DNA of 64,000 nt from Oscillospiraceae bacterium (lineage in GTDB: Bacteria; Bacillota; Clostridia; UMGS1883). The first letter of the stretch is position 1, and each line of letters begins with the position of its first letter. The stretch spans positions 9,735 through 73,734 of the forward strand of contig SVJW01000003.1 of the NCBI GenBank assembly GCA_015068735.1. The letters are read 5' to 3'. The translations under genes and the position numbers were made by a program. The notes beneath the pieces are model-generated. The model ran no database searches and had not been told where the DNA came from. It saw nothing but the letters and a program-made list of their open reading frames with translations. Of this stretch, positions 1-9,971 are shown piece after piece.

Positions 1-1
1 G

Positions 2-1147
2 GATGTTAGCAGTCTTGCTCCCAGCGGTATCAGAAAATTTTTCGATATTGCCGCTGAAATGAAAGATGCTATCTCCCTCGGTGTTGGTGAGCCTGACTTC
101 GTTACCCCATGGGCTGTCAGGGAAGCAGGTATCTATTCCCTTGAAAAAGGGCATACCCACTACACCGCAAACAGCGGTCTTATGGAGCTCAGAAATGAGA
201 TTTGTACATATCTTGCAAGGAAGTATAATCTCCATTACAATCCAAAGACTGAAACTATTGTAACCGTTGGCGGAAGTGAGGCAATTGACCTTCTTATCCG
301 CGCAACGATTTCTCACGGTGATGAGGTGCTTATTCCCGAGCCTTGTTTCGTGTGTTACAAGCCCTGTACACTTCTGGCAGGCGGCACACCCGTAACCATA
401 CAGACAGAGGAAAAGGATAATTTCAAGCTGACCCCCGAAAAGCTTCTTGAAAAAATCACTCCCAAGTCAAAGCTTCTCATTCTTCCTTTCCCCAACAATC
501 CCACCGGTGCAGTAATGACCCGTGAGGATTTGGAGAAAATCGCAAAAATCGTGGAAGAACATAACCTTTTCGTTCTGTCCGACGAAATATATGGTGAGCT
601 TACTTATACAGGCGAGCCGCACGTACCTTTTGCATCTATTCCCGGTATGCAGGAGCGAACTGTTACTGTAAACGGTTTCAGCAAGGCATTTGCCATGACG
701 GGCTGGCGACTTGGTTACGCTTGCGGTCCTGAGCCGGTTATAAGCCAGATGACTAAAATTCATCAGTATGCAATTATGTGTGCCCCCACCACAAGCCAGT
801 TTGCAGCGGTTGAAGCACTCAAAAATTGCGATGATGATGTTACTTATATGTGTACCGAATACGACCACAGAAGAAGGGTTATGGTAAACGGTTTCCGTGA
901 AATGGGGCTTAGCTGTTTTGAACCGCTGGGTGCATTCTACGTATTCCCCAACATCAGCTCCACCGGTCTTTCCAGTAACGATTTTGCAACCAACCTTCTT
1001 TATGAAAAGAAAGTTGCAGTTGTTCCCGGAACGGCATTCGGTGAAAGCGGTGAGGGCTTTATCCGCTGTAGTTATGCATACAGCATCAAAAATATTGAAA
1101 AGGCGTTGGAGAGAATCGCAGAATTTGTCCAAGAATGTAAAAAATAA
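2..1147 (+). CDS. Class I/II PLP-dependent aminotransferase (AspC/PatA-like); 5' end lies outside the window
   Basis: The reading frame is open from the window edge (frame of nt 2). Motifs seen are GVGEPDF, PNNPTG and FSKAFAMTGWRLGY (PLP-lysine context). The length and C-terminus are typical of the family. Confidence 0.85.
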   Translation, partial: DVSSLAPSGIRKFFDIAAEMKDAISLGVGEPDFVTPWAVREAGIYSLEKGHTHYTANSGLMELRNEICTYLARKYNLHYNPKTETIVTVGGSEAIDLLIRATISHGDEVLIPEPCFVCYKPCTLLAGGTPVTIQTEEKDNFKLTPEKLLEKITPKSKLLILPFPNNPTGAVMTREDLEKIAKIVEEHNLFVLSDEIYGELTYTGEPHVPFASIPGMQERTVTVNGFSKAFAMTGWRLGYACGPEPVISQMTKIHQYAIMCAPTTSQFAAVEALKNCDDDVTYMCTEYDHRRRVMVNGFREMGLSCFEPLGAFYVFPNISSTGLSSNDFATNLLYEKKVAVVPGTAFGESGEGFIRCSYAYSIKNIEKALERIAEFVQECKK

Positions 1148-1166
1148 GTGCAAAATGCAAAATTAT

Positions 1167-1207
1167 GGAGGGAATCCGATATTTCGGATTCCTTCCTTTT
1201 TGTTTTT
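1167..1207 (+). terminator. Rho-independent terminator after the aminotransferase gene
   Basis: Stem GGAGGGAATCCGA / TCGGATTCCTTCC with loop TATT, followed by TTTTTGTTTTT. Confidence 0.75.
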
Positions 1208-1235
1208 CGGTCGGTGCTGTTTTACCGAGCACAGA

Positions 1236-1384
1236 AAGGCGTAGAGAAAATTGTGCAGAACGGACAAACTGAGCCGAGCGAAGCGAGGGTTACCCGAAGG
1301 CGTACGAGGGTACGTCGAGAGGCGAAGTTTGTTCGTAACAAAACGCGTAAAATCAAAAGGAATCCACTTTTGGTGGATTCCTTC
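1236..1384 (+). repeat. Dispersed structured intergenic element, copy A (~140 nt, three stems, ends in a GGAATCC..GGATTCC hairpin)
   Basis: About 80% identical over its core to the reverse complement of 6104-6239. Stems are CGGACAAACT/AGTTTGTTCG, CGTAC/GTACG and GGAATCCAC/GTGGATTCC. Confidence 0.7.
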
Positions 1385-1473
1385 AGCAACTATTAAAAGC
1401 TATTTTGTAAAATATTTTTATAAAAGGCACTATGCCCTTATATTTTTTGCGTTTTGTGTTCTGCGCGATTTAA

Positions 1474-3138
1474 TCAAGCCTTTATAATCTTGGCTTCCAT
1501 ATAGAATCTCTTCTCATTTGCCTCTCCCATTGAAAATGTCTTTCTGGGAAGTGCGCCATCCTTGATAACGGTTTCAAAGAAACCATCCTTGGGAGGCTTG
1601 GGAAGAAGAAATCCCACCGCACCTTTTTTCGCGGAAAGGTCTTCCACAACATCTTCACCATGGATATAGTCAACCTCGCAGGAAAGGTTATCAAGATACT
1701 TCTGAAGTGTTCCAACGGAAATGGGGCTCGAGGTATTGTTCATATAAAGAGTTTTCTTGTCACTACCCTTAACAAGAACGATTTCCTGACCGCCTTTATT
1801 TTCTTCGGAGCAATCAAGTTCTTTCATAAGAGTGCTGATGAAAGCATCTTCGTCTTCGATACCGAACGCCACTCTGTGGATAGGCTCAAACTCCAATACA
1901 TCATCGTGAATGTTTTCAATTTCAACAAGGCAGAAACGCGCAGGATGATTTTCCTGTTCTTCAGGTGTGAGTGTTGGTTTAAGGTTTTCCCAACAAGTCT
2001 TAGCAGTAGCGAGAGAATGGTTACCGTCACCTACTGCAAACACCAGTCCGTCGGGAGCGTTTTCGGTGAATTTGTCAAGTGATGCCATAAATTCGTCATC
2101 ATTTGCTACAATCCAGCCTGCAAGGTGTCCGCCGTCCGCCATAAGCTCAAAATCGTAGAGTTTTTCGCCCTTTACAGTCTTTTCGATAAGAGTTTTTTCC
2201 TTGTCGTCAACAAGAAGCATTACATGGGGAAGCTCAAGGGGAGCATTCTCACGAATTTTTACACGGGGAGGTATTCTTTCAAGAACGGTTCCCTCTGTTG
2301 CGCGTATGGGACATTTTACGCCCTTGTGGAAGTCATACGCCTCAAGGTCTACCGCACCCACGATACCTTTTCTTATTCTGCCTCCTGAGAGAGTTCTTTC
2401 CACATAAACAAGGCAATTTTTATATGTAGTAAAAAGACCTTTATCACAGTACTCTTTCATTGTGTCGTTTATTTTCTGAATTCTGCCGTCACCCTGGGAC
2501 AAGAATGCCTCGGGATAAACCAGGTTAAGTGTACTGGGGCTGTCACCTACAAACTCCTGTGCCTTTTCCCAGTATTCAGGCTGGGATGTGTACTGATCAC
2601 AAGCCACTACGCTCCACTTAGTAAGGTCTGCGTTTCTGGGAAGCATAATGTCTGCTTTGTTAAAAATTGCCATATTAATTCTCTCCATTTCCAAATGTTC
2701 TGTTTCATCTGAGCATATTGAAATGATATACTCTCCAAAATCAAATGTTTTTGTATTTTTTTCTTCTGTTTTTGCCCTTTTGCAGGATGTTATTTTTTCA
2801 CCGAAAAACTTTATCCTGCTTTCAAACTGCGTCCATTTTCTGAAAAATTCTTCATCAGATATATTATGGTAATACTCCATATATCGGGAAAGAATTTTTT
2901 CTTTGTTTTTTATTTTTCTTATTTTTTCTGCATCAGCACCTATGTTTTTATTGCTGACCGCACAAACGGTAAGTCCTTCTGTATGAGAGAGTGAAAAATG
3001 CACATTATCGTCCACATAGGGTTTTCCGTTTTCTGTGCGTTTTATTTCATATTCACCCTTGTCGCAAAACGCCGTAAGGGATTTTTTTATAAAAAGCTCA
3101 CTTTCGGGGTTTGAAAAAGTGTAATAGAGCTTTATCAT
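1474..3138 (-). CDS. Sfp-type 4'-phosphopantetheinyl transferase domain fused in frame to a DUF1015-family protein (an alternative internal start at 2673 would give DUF1015 alone)
   Basis: The N-terminal ~155 aa carry PPTase motifs (NGKPYV, FSLSHTEG, IGADAEKI, FRKWTQFESRIKFFGE). From MAIFNKADIMLPRNADLTKWSVVACDQYTSQPEYW onward the sequence is DUF1015-like. There is no stop codon between the two parts. The ATG at 3138 overlaps the rsmE stop (ATGA). Confidence 0.7.
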   Translation of the reverse strand: MIKLYYTFSNPESELFIKKSLTAFCDKGEYEIKRTENGKPYVDDNVHFSLSHTEGLTVCAVSNKNIGADAEKIRKIKNKEKILSRYMEYYHNISDEEFFRKWTQFESRIKFFGEKITSCKRAKTEEKNTKTFDFGEYIISICSDETEHLEMERINMAIFNKADIMLPRNADLTKWSVVACDQYTSQPEYWEKAQEFVGDSPSTLNLVYPEAFLSQGDGRIQKINDTMKEYCDKGLFTTYKNCLVYVERTLSGGRIRKGIVGAVDLEAYDFHKGVKCPIRATEGTVLERIPPRVKIRENAPLELPHVMLLVDDKEKTLIEKTVKGEKLYDFELMADGGHLAGWIVANDDEFMASLDKFTENAPDGLVFAVGDGNHSLATAKTCWENLKPTLTPEEQENHPARFCLVEIENIHDDVLEFEPIHRVAFGIEDEDAFISTLMKELDCSEENKGGQEIVLVKGSDKKTLYMNNTSSPISVGTLQKYLDNLSCEVDYIHGEDVVEDLSAKKGAVGFLLPKPPKDGFFETVIKDGALPRKTFSMGEANEKRFYMEAKIIKA

Positions 3139-3863
3139 TCCATTTCCCCCAGCTCGTAAAGTATTGCCGAGCAAACTGCTATAGGTGCGGTTTCTGTTCT
3201 CAGAATTCGTTTTCCAAGAGTTACGCTGGTAATTCCGTTTTCCTTTGCAAGCTGTATTTCTTCACTGTCAAAGCCACCCTCAGGTCCTATCATTACGGAA
3301 ACGGATTTTGGTGTTTTCCCTGTAAGAGCTTTTTTTAGAGACATTTCCCTTTCTTCTTCATAAGGGATAAGGGCAAGATCAGCCTCCGCCGCCATTTTAA
3401 CAGCATCCTTAAAATTTACGGGAGAAAGGACCTCGGGGACAATGCCGCGCTTGCTCTGCTTTGCCGCTTCTCTGGCAATTTTACGAAGTCTGTCTACCTT
3501 GTTTTCCTTATCAAGCTTTGCCACGGCACGTTTTGTATCCACGGGAACAAGCCTTACTGCACCGATTTCCGTCAGCTTCTGAATGATTGTTTCAAGCTTG
3601 GGATTTTTCGGCACACCCTGAAAAACTGTCACTTTTACCTGAGGCTCTGTTTCTGCCACCCTTTTTGAAAGGATGTCTGCAATCACGGTTTTGTCTGAAA
3701 AGTCAGACAAAACCGCCTCGTAAAAGAAGCCCTCACCGTCACAAAGAGTTACCGCATCGCCCTTTTTCATACGAAGAACACGGCTGATATGTTGCGCTTC
3801 TTCACCTGTAATTGTAGCGGTATTATCATTTATATCGCTTTTATCTATGTAGAAATTAGCCAT
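3135..3863 (-). CDS. rsmE: 16S rRNA (uracil1498-N3)-methyltransferase RsmE
   Basis: 242 aa with an RsmE-like N-terminal PUA-like region and a C-terminal SPOUT region (IGPEGGF motif). It sits after prmA, as in the Bacillus dnaK operon. Confidence 0.85.
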   Translation of the reverse strand: MANFYIDKSDINDNTATITGEEAQHISRVLRMKKGDAVTLCDGEGFFYEAVLSDFSDKTVIADILSKRVAETEPQVKVTVFQGVPKNPKLETIIQKLTEIGAVRLVPVDTKRAVAKLDKENKVDRLRKIAREAAKQSKRGIVPEVLSPVNFKDAVKMAAEADLALIPYEEEREMSLKKALTGKTPKSVSVMIGPEGGFDSEEIQLAKENGITSVTLGKRILRTETAPIAVCSAILYELGEME

Positions 3864-3868
3864 AATAA

Positions 3869-4837
3869 TTACCTCGAAATTATGCAGTACCAGTCGTTTT
3901 CTTTCTTGATTTCCTGAATTTCAAAGCCGTTTTTCTCAATGGCTTCTTTAACCTCATCAATACGCATCTCGATAATACCGCTGGCAATGAATGTACCGCC
4001 GTCTTTAAGATAACGCTTTACATCGCTTGCAAGGGGGATAATAACATCCGCCACGATATTTGCCACAACGATATCGTAAGGACCACTTTTTTCCGTACTG
4101 CTCTTAAATTCCTCGTCAATAAGAATGTTTCCGTCAAGTACGGTATACACGTCTTTCCCAATGCCGTTAAGTGCCGCATTGGAATATGCAATTTTCTTAC
4201 AGTTAGGGTCAATGTCCACAGCTCTTGCCTCGCCTGCGCCGAGCATCAGCGCAATAATGGAAAGAATCCCGCTGCCGCATCCCAGGTCGAGAACTTTATC
4301 GCCCTTTTTAACGGTTGTATCGAGAGTTTCCACGCAAAGCCGTGTTGTTTCGTGCTGGCCGCTGCCGAAAGTCATACCGGGATCGATGTTGAAAACAATC
4401 TTTCCGTCACCGTCGGGAATGGTTTCCCATTCGGGCTTGATTACAAGGCGATCTCCAACATAGATAGGCTTAAAATACTGTTTCCAGTTATTTTCCCAGT
4501 CTTCCTCGTGCATAGTGTCAATTTCCACTCTGAGACTTCCGAAAATATTTTCTGAATCAAGGCTCTTAAAAGAAATCAGGTCGTCACGGACAGCAGAAAG
4601 CTGATTATGTCCTGTTTCATTGTCACTTACATAGATTTTTACACGGGTTTCTCCGTTCATTTTCTCGCGTAGTTCTTCGTCTACATAATCCCAGTATTGC
4701 TTATTGTTTTCAAGAAAATCTTCAAAATCATCCTTGTCCTGAATTTCAACACCGGTTATACCGAGGTTATAAAGTCTGCCGCAAAGGGGTTCTATTCCTT
4801 GGGGAGTTGTATATATACTAACCTGAAGCCAATCCAT
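3869..4837 (-). CDS. prmA: Ribosomal protein L11 methyltransferase PrmA
   Basis: Starts at MDWLQVSIYT, 8 nt after a GAGAGGAAAA SD. It has the SAM-binding motif VLDLGCGSGILSI and follows dnaJ. Confidence 0.9.
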   Translation of the reverse strand: MDWLQVSIYTTPQGIEPLCGRLYNLGITGVEIQDKDDFEDFLENNKQYWDYVDEELREKMNGETRVKIYVSDNETGHNQLSAVRDDLISFKSLDSENIFGSLRVEIDTMHEEDWENNWKQYFKPIYVGDRLVIKPEWETIPDGDGKIVFNIDPGMTFGSGQHETTRLCVETLDTTVKKGDKVLDLGCGSGILSIIALMLGAGEARAVDIDPNCKKIAYSNAALNGIGKDVYTVLDGNILIDEEFKSSTEKSGPYDIVVANIVADVIIPLASDVKRYLKDGGTFIASGIIEMRIDEVKEAIEKNGFEIQEIKKENDWYCIISR

Positions 4838-4851
4838 AGTTAATTTTCCTC

Positions 4852-5991
4852 TCACTTAAAGTAATCTTTCAGTTTGTCGGTAAATTTCTTTTTCTGATTA
4901 TAGTTTTTATCGTTACTTTCATCGGCAAACTGTTCAAGAATTTCTCTCTGCTTGGATGAAAGATTTTTCGGAATTTCCACGACTATACGAACATACTGGT
5001 CACCTCGTGAGCCGTTACGTATTGAGGGGATACCCTTTCCTTTCAGTCTGAACTTTGTTCCGTGCTGAGTTCCTTCGGGAATTCTCTGCATCACTTTGCC
5101 GTCAATGGTAGGAATTTCAATTTCGCAACCGAGTGTCGCCTGAACAAATGTAATGGGAACATCAATATAAACATTGTTCCCCTCACGGGTAAACACTTTG
5201 CTTTCTTTAACATATACAGTTATGAGAAGGTCTCCTGCAGGGCCACCGCGCATACCTGCCTCACCCTGACCGCGGAGAGAAACTGTCTGTCCATGGTCGA
5301 TACCTGCAGGAATATTTACCTCCAGTTCACGCTTCTTTCTGTTCTGACCGCTGCCGTTACAAACCGGACAAGGGTCGGAAATAGTCGTTCCCCGTCCTCC
5401 GCACTGGTTACAGGTAGTAGTTGAAGCGAACTGACCGAAGGGGGTATTCTGAACAGTTCTCATCTGACCTGTTCCTCCGCAACGGGCACACTTTACGGGA
5501 GATGTTCCCTTTTTCGCACCGCTGCCACCGCATTCGTCACAACTTTCGCCACGGATTATGGTTATCTTTTTCTTGCAACCGAACGCCGCTTCCTCAAAAG
5601 TAAGCTCTATTGCCTGCTGAATATCATTTCCACGGATAGGACCGCTTCTTCTGGAACTTCTTCCTCCGAAGCCACCACCGAAAAAGCTGTCAAAAATATC
5701 ACCCATATCAAATCCGCCGAAACCGCCAAATCCGCTTCCGCCGCCACCGAAGCCTGCATTGGGGTCTACCCCTGCATGACCGAACTGGTCGTAACGGCTA
5801 CGCTTTTCGCTGTCACTTAAAACATCGTATGCCTCTGCCGCTTCTTTGAATTTCTCAGCCGCGTCGGGATTATCCTTGTTAAGGTCGGGGTGATATTTCT
5901 TCGCAAGCTTTCTATATGCTTTTTTTATTTCATCGTCCGAAGCGCCTTTTTCTACGCCAAGGACTTCGTAATAGTCTCTCTTATCTGCCAT
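4852..5991 (-). CDS. dnaJ: Molecular chaperone DnaJ
   Basis: J-domain ([20 protein letters not shown]), a Gly/Phe-rich linker and four CxxCxGxG zinc-finger repeats. The start at MADKRDYY is preceded by an AGAGGTG SD. Confidence 0.95.
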   Translation of the reverse strand: MADKRDYYEVLGVEKGASDDEIKKAYRKLAKKYHPDLNKDNPDAAEKFKEAAEAYDVLSDSEKRSRYDQFGHAGVDPNAGFGGGGSGFGGFGGFDMGDIFDSFFGGGFGGRSSRRSGPIRGNDIQQAIELTFEEAAFGCKKKITIIRGESCDECGGSGAKKGTSPVKCARCGGTGQMRTVQNTPFGQFASTTTCNQCGGRGTTISDPCPVCNGSGQNRKKRELEVNIPAGIDHGQTVSLRGQGEAGMRGGPAGDLLITVYVKESKVFTREGNNVYIDVPITFVQATLGCEIEIPTIDGKVMQRIPEGTQHGTKFRLKGKGIPSIRNGSRGDQYVRIVVEIPKNLSSKQREILEQFADESNDKNYNQKKKFTDKLKDYFK

Positions 5992-6103
5992 AATACACCT
6001 CTTAAACGGAAGAATATAAGCAGCACCGAACACAAAACGTTTAGTGGGGGTGTTATATCTCTTTCAAAAAAGATAACTCTCACACTACCATCAATTGTTC
6101 AAT

Positions 6104-6239
6104 GAAGGAATCCGCAATACGGATTCCGATTTATGCGTTTTGTTAGCCACAAACTTCACCTCTCGCTGTACTTATGTACAGCTTCGGGTAACCCCTACGG
6201 GTTCAGTTTGTGTCTTCTGTACTACTTCTCTTCTTCCTT
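6104..6239 (-). repeat. Dispersed structured intergenic element, copy B, inside the dnaK-dnaJ spacer
   Basis: The reverse complement aligns with 1236-1384. The shared core is ACAAACTGA..GGGTTACCCGAAG..GTAC..GTAC..CGAGAGG.GAAGTTTGT..TAACAAAACGC.TAAA.TC..GGAATCC..GGATTCCTTC. Confidence 0.7.
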
Positions 6240-6256
6240 GGTCCACTTAGTCAAGT

Positions 6257-6287
6257 TTAGCAGAGCGGAAAAATTCCGCTCTGCTAA
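6257..6287 (-). terminator. Perfect 12-bp stem-loop just after the dnaK stop (no U-tract; possible attenuator or processing/stability hairpin)
   Basis: TTAGCAGAGCGG-AAAAATT-CCGCTCTGCTAA. On the minus strand it is followed by ACTTGAC, not a T-run. Confidence 0.4.
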
Positions 6288-6298
6288 CTTTAATTCTT

Positions 6299-8134
<1,836 letters not shown>

Positions 8135-8170
8135 TTACCTCCAAATATATCAAAAAATTTATAAACTGTG

Positions 8171-8683
8171 TCAATTTGCTACTTTCACCATACTGTGACG
8201 GATAACTCTGTCACCGATTTTGTAGCCTTTCTGGAATTCTTCAACGATTGTATTCTCCCCTGCTTCTTCATCGTCAACGTGCATTACTGCATTGTGAAGC
8301 TCTGGATTAAATTCTTCACCCACTGCCTTGATTTCTTCAACGCCTAAAGCGGCAAACACTTCGTCCATCTGCTTTTTCAGCATTACAACGCCCTCGTAAA
8401 AGCCGTCTTTATTTTCTGCCGAATCAATGGCACGCTGGAAATTGTCTATAACAGGCAGAAATTTTTCAACCACAACTGCCTTTGCTTCGGGATATATGCT
8501 TTCTTTCTCTTTAATAGTACGCTTGCGGTAGTTATCATATTCTGCAAGAGTACGCATATATTTTTCATTTACATCGTTATACTTTTTTTCAAACTCGTTT
8601 TCGGGAGTTTCTTCCGTAACCTCGGGGGCTACTTCTTCTTTAACTTCCTCTATAACTTCTTCTTTTTTCTTTTTAGTTGCCAT
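8171..8683 (-). CDS. grpE: Nucleotide exchange factor GrpE
   Basis: Acidic N-terminus and a GrpE C-terminal beta domain (GYKIGDRVIRHSMVKV). The start MATKKKK follows an AAAGGA SD and overlaps the hrcA 3' end by 11 nt. Confidence 0.9.
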   Translation of the reverse strand: MATKKKKEEVIEEVKEEVAPEVTEETPENEFEKKYNDVNEKYMRTLAEYDNYRKRTIKEKESIYPEAKAVVVEKFLPVIDNFQRAIDSAENKDGFYEGVVMLKKQMDEVFAALGVEEIKAVGEEFNPELHNAVMHVDDEEAGENTIVEEFQKGYKIGDRVIRHSMVKVAN

Positions 8684-9731
8684 CTGTATCATCCTTTCCG
8701 TAGATCATTCTTCCAAGTATCTCGCTAAGCTGACTGTTTATTAGCTCCAGAGAGGATACCACCCTTGCGTAATTCATACGCTTAGGGCCGATAATGCCTA
8801 TTTTTCCGTGAAGCTTACCGCCCACGTTATAATTTGCCACAACAAGACTTGTGTCGCGCATTTCCGGAACAGCATTTTCACTACCGATTTTTATGCTGAT
8901 ACTATTGCCTGCCTCTTCCGGAAGATTAAGCATCTGTGACACGTTTTCTTTCCTGTCAATAAAGGAGAAGAATTCTCTTGCTCTCTCAATATTTTCAAAT
9001 TCAGGGTTATTGAGGATGTTGGAAGCTCCTCCGATGTACACTCTTTTTTGTGTATTACCGAGACAATCCAGAACAAACTCTATTACTGTTTTCAGGAAAT
9101 CCCCGTAATTGCTCATTGCCTCGTAAATCAGCATAAGCCGTGCAGGAGTAAAATCGTCTGCCGAAAGCCCTGTAAGCTGTCCCGACAAAAATTCCGATAT
9201 AGAATCGATGATTTCGTAATCAATATCATCACTTACATTCATATGGCGGTTTCTTACCACGCCTGCATCAGTTACTACCACAATAAGCACACTACCCTGT
9301 TCAATAAGCATCATTTTAACGCTTCTTAAGCGGCTTTTCTGTGCGGTGGGAAGCTCCACAATTGCAGGATAATTTGTCGCCTTGGAAAGAATGTCGGAAA
9401 TTTCGGACACCACATTTTCAAGTTGGCTGTACTTTCTGTCCATACTGCTCTGCAAACTCGTAATTTCCTCCATGGTAAGGCTATAACGGTGCATCAGCGA
9501 GTCTACATAGAAACGATATCCCATTTCTGAGGGAATACGTCCTGCGGAGGTATGTGGCTTATCAAGGTAGCCCATTTCCTCCAGGTCTGCCATTTCGTTA
9601 CGGATTGTTGCAGCAGAAAGACCCAGGTCGTGATTTTTTGCAATGTTTCGTGAGCCTACAGGCTCAGCCGTCTGAATATAATCTTCAATAATGGCTTGAA
9701 GTATTGCTCTTTTTCTTTCGGAAAGCTCCAT
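8673..9731 (-). CDS. hrcA: Heat-inducible transcription repressor HrcA
   Basis: The N-terminal winged HTH (LSERKRAILQAIIEDYIQTAEPVGSR) is typical of HrcA. It is the first gene of the hrcA-grpE-dnaK-dnaJ operon and has a CIRCE element upstream. Confidence 0.95.
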   Translation of the reverse strand: MELSERKRAILQAIIEDYIQTAEPVGSRNIAKNHDLGLSAATIRNEMADLEEMGYLDKPHTSAGRIPSEMGYRFYVDSLMHRYSLTMEEITSLQSSMDRKYSQLENVVSEISDILSKATNYPAIVELPTAQKSRLRSVKMMLIEQGSVLIVVVTDAGVVRNRHMNVSDDIDYEIIDSISEFLSGQLTGLSADDFTPARLMLIYEAMSNYGDFLKTVIEFVLDCLGNTQKRVYIGGASNILNNPEFENIERAREFFSFIDRKENVSQMLNLPEEAGNSISIKIGSENAVPEMRDTSLVVANYNVGGKLHGKIGIIGPKRMNYARVVSSLELINSQLSEILGRMIYGKDDTDGN

Positions 9732-9752
9732 ATGCTCACCTCTTTTCGTTTG

Positions 9753-9779
9753 TTAGCACTCGCTTTCTTCGAGTGCTAA
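9753..9779 (-). promoter_or_regulatory. CIRCE operator (HrcA binding site)
   Basis: Exact consensus TTAGCACTC-N9-GAGTGCTAA, 21 nt upstream of the hrcA ATG. Confidence 0.95.
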
Positions 9780-9783
9780 CAAT

Positions 9784-9812
9784 AATGTACCACTATCTAT
9801 GCCGAAAGTCAA
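9784..9812 (-). promoter_or_regulatory. SigA-type promoter of the hrcA operon
   Basis: On the minus strand: TTGACT, 17 nt, TACATT. CIRCE begins 4 nt downstream of the -10 box. Confidence 0.6.
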
Positions 9813-9850
9813 GTATTATTTACTATTATTTCTAATTTATTCATATTTAA

Positions 9851-9886
9851 ACCAAAAAAGGAACTCTCCCATATGGAGAGTTCCTT
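9851..9886 (-). terminator. Rho-independent terminator downstream of thrS
   Basis: 12-bp stem AAGGAACTCTCC/GGAGAGTTCCTT, followed on the minus strand by TTTTTTGG. Confidence 0.75.
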
Positions 9887-9906
9887 CCTTCATTTTGCAT
9901 TATGTA

Positions 9907-9941
9907 TGAGACACATTGGGGACAGTCCCCAATGTGTCTCA
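9907..9941. repeat. REP-like 35-nt palindrome, copy 1
   Basis: TGAGACACATTGGGGACAGTCCCCAATGTGTCTCA, identical to the copies at 12027-12061 and 12878-12912. Confidence 0.9.
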
Positions 9942-9971
9942 AAACTCCTGATATTACAAAAAAACCTATCC

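Noticed and set aside
1148-1396. An 82-aa arginine-rich ORF (..EARVTRRRTRVRREAKFVRNKTRKIKRNP..) covering repeat copy A.
   Set aside because: - In copy B the equivalent frame hits a stop codon (..VTRSCT*).
- The differences between the copies are paired stem changes rather than synonymous changes.
- The conservation is therefore at the nucleic-acid level.
6257-6287. A possible second CIRCE element after dnaK, with arms beginning TTAGCA and ending TGCTAA.
   Set aside because: - It matches only 6 of 9 positions per CIRCE arm.
- It has a 12-bp stem with a 7-nt loop instead of 9-N9-9.
- It lies at a gene 3' end.
- It was treated as a generic hairpin.
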